Shown here: positions 11,885 to 27,597 of the stretch, one piece after another
Layout: the number at the start of each line of letters is the position of its first letter
How positions within the stretch are numbered: the stretch's first letter is position 1
NCBI GenBank assembly: GCA_001938485.1
Contig: MQRK01214337.1
Location: 1-50,043, forward strand
Source: Girardia tigrina
Lineage: Eukaryota
Direction: 5' to 3'
DNA: 50,043 nucleotides
Made by a program: the position numbers and the translations under genes
The notes under the pieces: model-generated
What the model was told of the DNA's origin: nothing
Database searches by the model: none
Seen by the model: only the letters and a program-made list of their open reading frames with translations

Positions 11885-12320
11885 TGACGGTTGCTATGGA
11901 TACTGGAACCGTTACTATTTTTACAACCGCCTTATATCACTGTATCCGTTGCTAATGAAAAACGTCCCTTAGGTACCGTTGCTATGGTTACCGTCACCAA
12001 GTGAACGGGAACCGTTGCTATGGTAACCATGACCGTTGCTAGGGTGATCGCGACCGTTGCTAAGGTACCAAGGACCAATCAGAAGTGTCTTTAGGTAATC
12101 GTGACCGTTGCTGTCTAGGCTATGGAACCAGAAACCAATCAGAAGCGTTTCCAAGTGAAGTGGAACCGTTGCTAAGGTGATCGCGACCGTTGCNNNNNNN
12201 NNNNNNNNNNNNNNNNNNNCGTTGCTAAGGTGATCGCGACCGTTGCCATGGTAACCGTGACCATTGCCATGGTACCCGCGCGGTAACTGGTAACCGTTGC
12301 CATGGTAACCACGGTAACTA
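11885..12320. repeat. GC-richer ~21-bp minisatellite (core ACCGTTGCYAWGGT) containing RFX X-box-like palindromes and two CCAAT boxes
   Basis: About 12 GTTGC cores. GTTGCCATGGTAAC at 12242 and 12296, GTTGCTATGGTAAC at 12014, GTTGCTATGGATAC at 11890; CCAATCAG at 12075 and 12135. A short N gap lies inside the array. Confidence 0.85.
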
Positions 12321-12339
12321 GGGACGACCCCCTCGGGGG

Positions 12340-12720
12340 TTGTGTGCAGCGTGCCCATTTTTCCCCTAATGTTTATTGCTTCGGACCTTCGCATTCGACA
12401 TACTATCCCTTCTGTTTTTATTCCTACAATTCGACGTTTACTTTTACTTTGTGTTTTTTTGGCCGAAGCATATTCTGTACTTTTGAGGACTGGAGGTGCT
12501 TGACCCTTCTTGTAGTACCAGTGCACTGTGCAGGATTTTATGTCGAAATTAACGGTGATGTCGGTGTCCGATATCTGCGTCTTTGACAGCTTCGACTTCT
12601 TTTCGACTCGTCTGACCTCTCCGGATCCGCAAACGGCTGTCTAATTTGCGAAACCATTCAGGGAAATTCTCGGTCCCGTCTAATAACCGTGCTTCATCGG
12701 GTATGTTAATTTTGTTCATT
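12340..12720 (-). mobile_element. Internally deleted Ty3/Gypsy gag-pol relic
   Basis: Manual translation: MNKINIPDEARLLDGTENFPEWFRKLD (gag-start-like), then after a frameshift ISDTDITVNFDIKSCTVHWYYKKGQAPPVLKSTEY. The latter resembles the PR-RT linker INDIDFNAKFTGRKWEVKWK of the Gypsy at 48633. Confidence 0.4.
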
Positions 12721-13334
12721 TACCACTCAATGGCTTTCTCATGTTTTTATTTAAACAAAAATACAATTCTGCAATTCACTAATTTAAGCAAATAAATTAC
12801 GCTTCAAAACATTGACTTTGAAGACACTTTAAGTTATCAAACAATTGTCATCTTAATATTTTGTCCAATTTGATTTCTTGCATTATATTTTTTGTTACCT
12901 TTTTATTCAACAACCAAACGGCAGTTGATTGCTAAAGAGCATTTTTTCTTTTCCAATTTATGAACAAAATCTTAAATCTGGTCCAGATTCTTCAAGACTT
13001 ATAAAATATATAAAATAAGATAAAACAAAACAATTAATTTATCTAGTCAAATGATAATCATAACTGTGGTCAGTAGATTTCAGCTTTAATTGCACGACTA
13101 TTCAAAAGAAGTTCAAAGTTGAAAACGTCTTCAAGCTTCCTCCCAAGAACCAATTATTTGTTTCGTTTTTAACTGACCTAAAAAAACACAAATCTTGTCA
13201 GAAATTCCAATGCTATTCAAGTATTAGTTATTCATTGGAATGTTGTGCAGTTTACGGTAACATTTAACTCCTTGTGACTTGGGCTTCAGAGAAATCTGGT
13301 GGATATTGGCGGAGCTTCCTTTTAGAAAAAACAA

Positions 13335-13560
13335 CTCATTGAATATGACAATGAATTGTTAATTTATAAACACTTAGTTCAGATACCAAATCTTGAGAAC
13401 ATAATAAGTTTTATTCGTTCAAATCAGTTTGAAAGACTTCATCGTCTAGCTTTAACAGTCGACCAGAACAAAACTCATCCTTAGTGCTCATGTCAGTCAA
13501 TTCAAATCGCTTGTACCACTTTGAGACGGCCATGTAACTAACAAATCGCATTTTAAACAT
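13335..13560 (-). mobile_element. mariner transposase N-terminal HTH relic
   Basis: Manual translation VSKWYKRFELTDMSTKDEFCSGRLLKLDDEVFQ...DLVSELSVYKLTIHCHI fits the mariner WFxRFxxGDxSLxDxxRSGRP...ELAxxLxVxxxTIxxHL pattern. Confidence 0.65.
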
Positions 13561-13814
13561 CTCTTTTTAAGATAAATCGTTTCCAGCAATAGTGAATCAA
13601 ATCAATTACTATGTAAAAGGACAAGCGCTGTTGTTGTCACACCATCCATGTCGTCATTATGGGGTAGAAATGGTGAATCGGGAAAATTTTAAGTAGTGCC
13701 TGCGAAATTTAAAATTGGTGAAACTCGGGTATGGTGTTTTAAATTCAAAAGAATATCACATGCAATAAAACTTCAAGTCAGACACATCATCGACAAAAAA
13801 ACTCTTTGATGGTA

Positions 13815-14812
13815 CAATAAAACCTCTCTATAAAGTTCCGTCTTTATAAGATGTGATTTTCTATAAGGAACAATATTTTTTAAACACCTTTAAAATAATA
13901 AATTTTAAAATCGTATTTAAGCGTTATTTGGATATGATAAATTAAAAAGTTATTCTGGAAAAAAACCAGAAAAATTCTTCTAATCCTTGATAATTACAGT
14001 TCTCATATGATTGAGGAACTTTCAAATATCAAATTTGTCTTTCTTCCACCGAATACAACGTTGTTGATTCAACCTTTAAATCAAGGAATTATGTATAACT
14101 TTAAGCAAAAATACATGGAAAGTTTTTTAAATACAATATTTAGTTTGTCATGTGAAGAAATGAAAGCAAAACTAGCAAATTTTGATATTTTTAATACTCT
14201 TGAACATATCGTATTGGCCTGGAACCACGTTAATCGTTTCCAAAAGCTTTTTAATTATGGAATTCAATAAAATAAACCAGCAAGAACGAATTCATTCAAA
14301 AACGAAACAGATAATCTTGTAAAAATTATTTCAGCAATTTCTTCCACTGCACCAGAGGCAATTCATAAACTATTAAGAGGGTTTATCGAGTGTGATTCGA
14401 AAGATAATTTAATGATGCTTTATAAAAAATAACATATTGATGACATTAATCACAGAAAACCAAAGTATAAATAAAAATAGTTACAATGAAACCGATCAAT
14501 CAACAGCTTAAAGTGGAACTTGTTGCTTTAAAAAAAAATTTTTACGAGATCAATCCTGTTATAGCTACTGAACTTTCCAAAGTGGAAAATATGTTTAACA
14601 ATGAGATTAATAAACGAATTTTTTAAACAATTTATCTTTAATTAGTCTATTTTGTATTTATTTGTTAAATTGAAAATTAAAAAAATTCAAAACATTATTT
14701 TTTCTATTATTCATTAATTTAATTTATATTCATTCCCTCTCTATAAGCAACTTTTCTTATAGAGAGGTAGTTTTCTCGGTCCCAAATAATTCCTTATAGA
14801 GAGGTTTTACTG
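13815..14812 (+). mobile_element. pogo/Tigger DNA transposon, internally deleted (~1 kb)
   Basis: TA TSDs (13813-14, 14813-14). TIRs CAATAAAACCTCTCTATAAAG / CCTTATAGAGAGGTTTTACTG. DDE_1 remnant LILDNYSSHM..FLPPNTTLLIQPLNQGI (ORF 14007-14270). Confidence 0.9.
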
Positions 14813-14830
14813 TAATAAAACCAGGTAGTG

Positions 14831-17115
14831 CAGTGTTTCTCAAACCGTGTGCCGCGACTCACTACTGTGCCGCGGAAGAATTGCAGATGTGCTGCGGGTT
14901 TTTCTTTAAATGTTCGTAACATTATAAAAGTCGGTCTACTTATTTTATCGTCCGCTGTGATGACGTCACCGCTCGTAATGACCAGTAATAGCAGCGCCAA
15001 ATCAAAAAATTAATTTAGGCCACCCTGGCGGTCACACAACAGTCGTGGAATTGTTAACGATAATAATATTTGGTGTGTTTCATATAAATTTTTCTGTTGT
15101 ATGCTTATATTTTACAATCTCAATTTTAGATTCTAAAATTATCAATAAAGTTTATTGAATAAACGATTTTCATTTTTATCCATAGAAAAACATTTTAGAA
15201 AGTACAAAACTGTGAAAGCGTTAAATAAAAAGCATGGAACCAAACGAAAATACAAAGAAGATTACATCGAGTATGGTTTCATATCTTCGGGACCAGAAGA
15301 AAATCCGTTGCCATTCTGTCTGATCTGCAATTCAGTTCTGTCAAATGAGGCGCTTGTTCCAAGCAAATTGAAGAGACACTTGGAAACGAAACATCCAGCT
15401 GTGAAAGAACAACCAAAACAATACTTCGAAAACATCAGGGATCAACAAAATAAACAAGCTAAGAAATTTACAAACTACCTAAAGCTGCCAGAAAAGGGAT
15501 TGATTGCAAGTTATAAGGTTGCTCAGTTACTAGCAAAACGCAAAAAAGCTCATGCAGATGCTGAATCCAGTCATCGCACCAGCTTTAGCAATAGTTGTTG
15601 AAACTGTCCTTGGGTTTGATGCTGCCGAAAAAGTTAAAAGAGTTCCTTTCTCAAACGATACTATCTCGCGCAGAATTGAAGACTTATCGTCAGATTTAAA
15701 AGATCAAATCTGTGAACACTTTGAAGCGCCTGACGATAAAATATCTCTGTTGTAGCCTCTTCAAGTTGATGAATCTACTGACATTAGCAGCAAAGCCCAG
15801 CTTCTGGCTTTTATTCGGTTCATAAAAGATAGAAAATGTGTCAGCGAGTACTTATTTTGCAAAGAATTACAAACTACGATCAAAGGCGAAGATATTTTTA
15901 ATGTAGTGGACGAAAACATTTTACTTTTTAAACTACAATGGAAAAACTGTGTCTGCACCGATGGCTGCCCGTCCATGCAGGGAAGTAGAAAGGGATGATG
16001 ATGAAAGAAAATCCAAATGTGTTGGTTGTTCACTGCATGATCCACCGAGAAGCTCTTGCCTTCAAATCTTTACCGAAATATATGATTTCTGTTCTGGATC
16101 AAGTGATTACAATTGTAAACTTCACCAAATCTCGACCGCATGCATCGCGACTTTTCTCTCAGTTATGTGAAGCGATGGATTCAGAGTATAAATACCGCCT
16201 ATATCATACTAAAGTTCGTTAGCTTCCCAGAGGAAAAGTGTGAAAGCGTGTCGTCCAACTCAAGGCTGAACTAATTTCGTTCTTAGAGACTGAACAAAAA
16301 GACTTTGAATTTTCTATTCATGACGAGATCTGGTGGATTCAGGTGACATTTCTTTCTGATTTATTTGAAAAATTAAATTCACTGAATTTAAGTCTTCAAG
16401 GGCCATCAGAAAACATCATCACTGCATCCTCAAAACTGAAGTCATTTGGTGAAAATTTGTTGCTGTGGCAACATAAGACTTTAAAAGGAGTCTTCGACTG
16501 CTTTTCTACTTACAACGACTGTTCTTCCAATAAAGAAATCACTTCCAAAATTATGTATACATTGACACACCTGTTGTCAGCACTGGAAAATTACTTTCCA
16601 ACACTGGCAAGTAATGAATATAGATGGGTCAGCCATCCATTTGGAAACTACGAAACTACAAATCTTATAACTGAAGAAGAAGAGCAGCTCTTTGATATAA
16701 AAAACGATGCATTTCTTCAGTCAAGATTTGCCGAGAAAAGCCTGGATGAGTTTTGGATCTCAGTCAATAAGTTATATCCTGCAATCAGTTTAAAAGCAAT
16801 CAAACTAATTCTTCCATTTGCATCTTCATGGTTTTGTGAATTTGGCTTTTCAGCACTGACTGAAATCAAGACAAAGAAGAGAGAGATTTCTTACAATCGA
16901 CGCTGAATGCTAGCTTGTTTGTCGACTTTGGAGCCTCGATTCGATCACATTTGCTCTCAGACACAGACCCATCCTTCACATTGAATATAATTCTTAAAAC
17001 AACTTTAATAAATTTTCATTTTAAGATGAGCTTAACTGTTGTTTTTTCTGGTGTGCCGCGAAATTCTTTTAGCTTCGTTACTGTGCCAATACACAAAAAA
17101 GTTTGAGAAACACTG
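14831..17115 (+). mobile_element. hAT transposon, Buster/Charlie family (ZBED5/ZBED8-like transposase), near full length but pseudogenised
   Basis: Perfect 15-bp TIR CAGTGTTTCTCAAAC. Perfect 8-bp TSD AGGTAGTG (14823-14830, 17116-17123) with the central TA typical of Buster. BED finger CLIC..KLKRHLETKH, LQVDESTD, HCMIHREAL and PFASSWFCEFGFS are spread over frameshifted ORFs 15155-16906. Confidence 0.95.
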
Positions 17116-17149
17116 AGGTAGTGTTTTGTTTGTGGTTCAGTAGCAGGGC

Positions 17150-17636
17150 CTTTTTACCACGTTTAACTTAACTTGCTTTGGGTTCTGTCTGTCTTTCTGT
17201 TTGTTTGTGATGTTTCACTTTTCACACGCTTTTTTAGTCCACTTCCACTCATCCGATCGTTCTGAAATTTTTTATGTAGGCTTCTTCTGCCTGACATTTT
17301 GAGATTTTAGGATCTCTGCATCTCAAAAATGCTCTAATAAATTCAAATTAATTAATTTTATTTTTATATGGACTAAATTAAAATATAAAATTTATAAATT
17401 ATAAAATTAAATCTTAGTATACTACTTATAATAATATGTGAGAAATTTTATACCTAACCAAAAACGTGGGGCATAGAAATAATCGGTTGTTACTAAAAAG
17501 AATTAAAGAGGAAATAGCAGTTACTAATAGCAGTAATTCAGAAATCCGCCCCACGTTTTTGGTTAGGTATAAAATTTCTCACATGTCTAGAAAAAAATTA
17601 TTTTCCTCTTTTTAGTCCATATGAAAACGTGGTTTT
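17150..17636 (+). mobile_element. Helentron-associated/DINE-1-like non-autonomous element containing a 37-bp perfect inverted repeat
   Basis: T-flanked short sub-TIRs TTTTACCACGTTT ... AAACGTGGTTTTT, a CTGT/GTTT microsatellite near the 5' end, a CCGATC..TGAAATTTT core, and an inverted repeat at 17436-17472 / 17548-17584. Confidence 0.55.
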
Positions 17637-17959
17637 TAAAACTTATTTATTTATTATTATTTAAGAAATTTTCACTGGGGGGGCACATGCAATCTGGAAT
17701 GGTCATGTGCCGAAATTCGGTAACTTTTAATCTCGGATGAAAATAGTTATTTTTCTTTGTTTTTATAATGAATTTTCCTATTGCAAACATTTTTTATCAA
17801 GTGCTGTCAGATTTAAAAGAAGTCACCCAACCCATAACATTTTACGAACAGTCCAACACGAGTTATATTACATAAAACTTGTTACTTTTAAAAACACATA
17901 TTACTTTAAAAAAAAGAATTGGCAACAAAGTCACTTTGTGAATAAATATCAAGATTGGG

Positions 17960-20250
17960 TTTAATTCTGGTCCTTCTTTCACTCACAAAAATTCCACCTC
18001 AACACTGTGAGGATCAAACTTGCAGGTCCCTTTCAATTCAATGCGATTATCATGCCAGAGTTGGCTGTCTAAGCTGATGTGCTCGTGCGATGGGCTGAAA
18101 AGTTCAAGTTGTATAAAGAATCAAGCCTCTCAGGAGGTATACTGTGAGAAGTCAGTGTTACCGAAGACGATATTATTTTCACAAGTACACCGCTGCGGCG
18201 CTGTAGTAAGTATTTCAACTTCAATTAGGGTAAAGCATTTATTTGCAATTGGTTAGCACAGTCATCTGCAAAGCTCTGGATTTCTTCTGAAAACAAATTT
18301 TATGTTATTTTGACCCCTGCATTAATAAATATTGATGCAAAGGAGTTAATATGTCTTGAACTACTTCTTGTTCCACATCAAACCGCTCTGCAAGGTAATT
18401 CTGTGATGATTAAACAATTTCGAGGCACACCGCATCCTGACTTCTGGTAGTTAACATTCATGTTAACAGCTCTTAAAATGACTCTCTCTTTCCTAGGGCT
18501 GTAGTTTCTCTTCCTTTCCACCAGTATAGGAGACCCTGGATATAAGGTTTGATTTACGAAGTGCCGAATCTCTATTAATTATTTTCTTTGATAGAATCAG
18601 GTCATCACGCTGTAGCTGCTTTTGCAAATCAAGAAATATTTTCAAAACTTTAACTCTGAGACAGTTTAGCCAAACTTGATGCGATTCAAATTACTATGTC
18701 TTCAAATATCCCGGTACTGTTGCTCTCTTTTTTTTCAATTTGCCTTTCACTTCTAAAAACTTAAAAACTTCCTTGAAGCCGTAAAGATTATGAAAAATGG
18801 CCGTTAAAAGGTTGGCTATGTGCTCCGAAAATCAAACTTCGTAATAACCTGGGAAATGATTTGTCTTTGATTGAAATTGATAGAGGAGTTTCGATGTCTT
18901 TTTAGACGTCCTGAAGAAGGTAGTTAGAGACTTGGCATTTTTAATTCAGATAGGCTGCGCCGAAACGCCTCCTCCAATGCTTTTAAAAACGAGGTCACTT
19001 CTGTGAACAAAACACCAGAAACTCAATAGATTACGATACAACCAGTTCTTTATAAGCTTCTAAAGCCCCATTCTAAACCCTATATTAGGTCTTTCTCCAT
19101 CTGTTGTAACACCAATCAGTTTGGAAGTTGGTGCGACCATGGTCTTAAGGGCCTTCTAAGTGGCTTACCACAGTCCAAAGGCTCCAATATGTTGAGGTTT
19201 GTTGAAGACTTTGAGAACATTCTTTACTTCACGATCATTTTTTACTATTCTCGCAAAGACTTACTTGTAATCCACCATTTACCGATTGACGCTGCTATCA
19301 ACTTGTACTACGTAAGCAACACAATCCTGTAGCTCACTAGTGAGTTCCTTCTGAATTTCTCTAGCAACTATGAGTAGCATTTATCGACAGCATTTTGGGT
19401 CTTTGTAATGTAATGTTAATGAGGGAGGTTGAAATTCCTCCAATGGAGAATTCCTTTCTGTTGGATATGCCAACTCCACAACATTTAAAAAATTATTTAA
19501 AATTTAAGAACTAAATTAACAAATTAATAAAATAAAAATTCAAAATTAAATAAAAACTCATAAAATTCAAGATTCATAAAAAGGATAAAAATTCAAACAT
19601 TAAGAATTTGTTTTATTATGTAAATTAAAAAAATAAACAAAACACACAAATTCAAATTACAAAACCAATCTGTTTAGTTGTGGAATATGGATGATCAATT
19701 TGAATCGTTAATAAATAAACGTTCATCGAAAATTCTCGTTCTCATTAAATACCACTTACAAAAGACTGTCAAGACGTAGCGATCGAATTTTGTTTGCTAA
19801 CATTTCAGCCAATAGTGATGAGAGGACTAAATTTTCCACTGCAATTCTAAATCTATATGTCGCACTGCTACCTTATGGAAGATTGAGTTAAGGTGATCTA
19901 TGACAGCCTTCACTTTTACAGTTGTATCTGCATGGCAGCCATAAGCCAAGTAAAAAGAGCAATTGTGAGCAAACTTGCAAGCTACATTCACGAACTTTTC
20001 ACACGATCTCCATTTCACATATTGTGTTTTACGCTTGCCTTCAGCAGGTGCAACCATAAATGCCTCCAAGCAGTCCATGCTATTTTCTACTTACCATTTT
20101 ACATTAACTTTTCTGAGCTTGTACCATTCTATAGTATCAAGAGAAGTGCTGATAATGGATTCTTCTTTTACGAAGGGCCCAATGTGTGTATTTGTGGTTC
20201 AGTCTTCTGCTAGAACAACGAAATTTAAATCTTCTGTTGTTGCAAAAGCA
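17960..20250 (-). mobile_element. Highly degenerate hAT transposase (third family); termini not defined
   Basis: Manual minus translation through many stops: YVVQVDSSVNR, LIGVTTDGERPNIG, LLSFWCFVHRSDLVF (hAT D..D..CxxH) and C-terminal SHSIPPERLDSLYN...TANSGMIIALN. An AT-rich interruption at ~19490-19758 starts with a GTAAGT-like donor. Confidence 0.75.
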
Positions 20251-20423
20251 TAAGGTTATGATCACAAAAAATAGAAAGGCAGTTTTAAAAATCGACTTTA
20301 AAAATATTTCCCCCCCCCCAATCAATATGTTAAAAAGGCCCTGTTCTGCAGATCAATCAGATCTTGAAAATAATAGCACGTTCTCACCACTGCACGGGTG
20401 AAGTATCTGCGAGTCTTAAAGTG

Positions 20424-20640
20424 TTACAAGTGGTGATTAATGTTTCCAATTAGGGGGTGGATCAAGAGAGTAAGGGAGCTTATGAAAGATAATAGAGCAA
20501 CGTTTGGTGTGTATTCGAGAGATTCCTGACAGTACTCAGTCCACCTATGGGTGAACATAGTGCCTGGGTAGATTTTGAGGTGATCCAGGACCAAAGTGCG
20601 GTGCTTGGACTTGCTAGCCCGGAATAAATGTGAATGTTCT
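20424..20640 (-). mobile_element. Possible Merlin/IS1595-like transposase relic
   Basis: TLVLDHLKIYPGTMFTHRWTEY...SSLTLLIHPLIG loosely fits TLxxxIxxxIxPGTxIxxDxWxxY...NHSxxFVxPxTG; catalytic residues have decayed. Confidence 0.3.
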
Positions 20641-21507
20641 CTAGTAATTATCAATAATTTAAAAATTATTAAATAAGCCAAAACAATAAAATACAAGATT
20701 TATTACTTTTCAATCAAAGTATTAATAAGATATCGTATTCCATCTACGGAAAAAATCACAAAACCAAGAAGATCTTGAAGTTTTATATTCATACAATTTT
20801 TCTAAAATTAACATCTTTTATTTTTTCAGATTTCCAAAAAAAAATTAAATCAACAAATTCAATTGATCTAAAATCAACATTATCTTATTGATTGCAATGT
20901 TTTCATCAGGGTTATACTGATCGATCAACTACTTATTACTGTCATTGTTGTACAAAGGAAAACAAATATATCTGTATATATGTATATATATGATGATACA
21001 AAAAATCAGTCTCTGTTACAACATTCAGTATTTTTTAAAAAAATAATCTTCTTTGAATTATAATAATATACATTTCATACATTTGTATCATGAACAATTT
21101 ACAGTAGATAAAACATAATCAAATAATTTTTTACTTAATACTGAATAAAAACAAATGTTTATATTCAACGCAAATTTCGACCAATCAAATCGTTGATATG
21201 TGCAAAAAATAAATAAATAAATATTGATAATATTTTACAATAAATAAATAAATTTCTTTTGTTTTTCAAAATAGAGTAATGAAAAAAAAACGTTCGGACG
21301 GAAAATGTAATAAAATAATTTTTTATTGCCGAAATCTATTTTTTTGTAATTTTCATATAAATCATCTAAAATGATCAAATCGTTAATTTGTTGAGCAAAT
21401 TTTATTTACAAAACCGAATTAAATTTATTATTTTCAATTTCAAGTCGATGATCTTTTTTTATTATAATTATAAAATTTAATAGAAAACCAAAAACTCGAC
21501 CCCTTAA

Positions 21508-21532
21508 AATAATAATAATGATAATAATAATA

Positions 21533-21563
<31 letters not shown>

Positions 21564-21581
21564 TAGTAATAATAATAATAA
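21508..21581. repeat. (AAT)n microsatellite in probable TTBK 3'UTR
   Basis: About 24 AAT units with few interruptions; explains the poly-Ile ORF 21406-21624. Confidence 0.95.
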
Positions 21582-21813
21582 AAGTAAGACGAAAATTAAA
21601 GAAAAACCTTGAAAAAAATATCAAATAAAAAACAAAAAATCTGTTTTTTATAAGGCTGATAAATGTTTATTCATTTTATTTATATATTTATATCACAAGG
21701 TGGTTTGGATAAAAAGAAATTTGATACTTTCACAAACTTGATCCTCTCACAAAAAATTAAATTGAAAATTTCGAGCTTGATTTGATTTTATTTTCCGAAA
21801 TTAATAATCGAAC

Positions 21814-25518
<3,705 letters not shown>

Positions 25519-26279
25519 CTAATATTAGTGTTGAATAAAGAATTATACATTAGAATTGTAAATTAATAATTTTTACAGAAAGTACTATGAATTTGTTAAA
25601 CAACTAAAAATTGAAAATGCTAAAAACGGCATTTATTTTATAGAAAATTCTGTTCTGAAACAATAATTCTCAAACAATGTTCTGTGGAGGAACACGAACT
25701 GGAGGAACGATTTAATGTGAAACAAAGTGTTCCTTTTTGGATATCTTTTTCATTTTAGATTTAAATTAACTTTGTGTTGCCAATAGGAACTATTTAAATA
25801 TATTGCATTTATTCGATATTAATGTAAAATTAAAAACTATTTATGTGTAATAATTGTAAAAATATTAAATAAAAGACATACTTACCCTTTTAAACTGTTG
25901 TTGATAAGATTCCCTACCAGTTTACACCATGCATGATTTTTGTACTTTTTTACCTCATATCTCAATTTTTTGGGGACTCGAAAAAAAACTTTCAGATATG
26001 CGAAATTTGAGACAAAAGATTTAAGGAGATAGAGTATCGATCAAAATTGAAGCAAGGAATGAAGGACAAAAACAATACGAAAGACCATATACTATCGTGT
26101 ATCGGATATATGATGGAAGATATGCACATGCAATGATGAGACGACAAGAAGATCGATCACAAACAAGGAAAAGTCATAAAATTTTTTTGAATGGAAATGT
26201 GAGACAATTTGATTTTTAAATAATTGGGGCAAATTATTTTCAGTAATTTGTTTTAATAATTACCTTTTGGTTATTGATA

Positions 26280-27403
26280 CAGGGTTTTTCATTCAGTTTT
26301 GATAATTTTTCATATGGTTTTGACAATTATCCAAATGGTTTTGAAAATTTATCAAATTGTTTTGACAATTTAATAAATGAGTTTTGAACATTTATAAAAT
26401 AATTTTCAAAATTTAAAATTTTTTTATGTAGACTTTTTAATGAAATATAAAAGATTTTTAACTTTTGTTAGTCAAATTATATTGATAATGTTTTTAAAGG
26501 AAATCAAATTTTATTATTCTACTGAATAATATGAATATTTCAAAGGCAAGACTAAGAATCTTGGTCTTAAGGAACAAAACTTGTGAGAATAATTAATAAC
26601 TATATATTTATAAATTAAAATACATATAATTATTTATATCAATATCATATTATATCAAAGGATCCTGAATATATAAACTTCTGAGATTGTTTAAATCAAT
26701 CAGTGTAATTAATTTTAGACGCGCATTATTTGATTATGTCATAAAAATAAACGTTTATCTATTTTTTTGGATTTTTAATATGGAAAATTCTTATAAAACT
26801 AATAAAAATTTTAATACTTGGATTTCATTTCAAATTGGTTTTTTACATAGAATATAGAAGAAATTCGTTAATACGGACTTTTATGTACCATAAAAATAAT
26901 CAATGTTATCCAAAAAAAAGTATGTCATTGTTTTGTAATTAGATAAAATCATTTTTGAGTAAATAACCATTAGGTTATTCGTTATAGGTCGATTTTTAAA
27001 AATTTAGAAAAATAACTTTATTTAGTACAATGTGCATAAAAGTCCGTATTAAAGAATTTCTTCTATATTTTATATAAAAAAAATTTGCAATGAAATTCAA
27101 GCATGAAAATTTTTAATTAGTTTTGTTCCTTAAGACCAAGATTCTTAGTCCTACCTTTGAAACATTCATATGATTCAGTAGAATAATAAAATTTGATTTC
27201 CTTTAAAAACATTATCAATATAATTTTACTAACAAGAGTTAAAAATATTTTATACTTCATTAAAAAGTCAACATAAAAAAATTTTAAATGTTTTAAAATT
27301 ATTTTATAAATTGTCAAAACTCATTTGATAAATTATCAAAACCATATACTTGAATGAAAAACTCTGTAAAAATCAAAACCATATACTTGAATGAAAAACT
27401 CTG
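26280..27403. mobile_element. Tc1/mariner-type long-TIR foldback MITE in TTBK intron
   Basis: TA|CAGGGTTTTTCATTCA... and ...TGAATGAAAAACTCTG|TA. Arms ~26280-26582 plus 26805-26890 are inverted copies of ~27030-27366. The right terminal ~37 bp is tandemly duplicated (ends at 27366 and 27403). Confidence 0.8.
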
Positions 27404-27546
27404 TAAATGTTGGAAATTAATTTTGGTAATTTTAAATAATAAATAGATGATATAAAATAAGGTTTCATGACAATTACGTACATGAAAATTTATAACGTAA
27501 AAAATGAATTATTTTATATCATTAAATAAACGGTAGCCCTAATTCA

Positions 27547-27597
27547 TAACCCTAACCCTAACCATAATCCTAACTTTAACTCTAACCCTAACTCTAA
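27547..27597. repeat. Degenerate (TAACCC)n telomere-like repeat, ~8 units
   Basis: TAACCC TAACCC TAACCA TAATCC TAACTT TAACTC TAACCC TAACTC. Confidence 0.8.

Noticed and set aside
11885-12320. Repeat array as a CRISPR-like locus
   Set aside because: Units are contiguous or separated by variants of each other. There are no unique constant-length spacers and no cas genes, and the context is eukaryotic.
11969-12526. 185-aa ORF with GYHGNG repeats
   Set aside because: The repeats are the translation of the 21-bp X-box minisatellite joined to a Gypsy-like relic, and the ORF spans an N gap.
19893-20253. Plus-strand ORFs (IYDSL suggested a Ulp1-like protease)
   Set aside because: Antisense to the degenerate hAT transposase, and catalytic motifs are absent.
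21406-21624. Hydrophobic 72-aa poly-Ile ORF
   Set aside because: Translation of the (AAT)n microsatellite.
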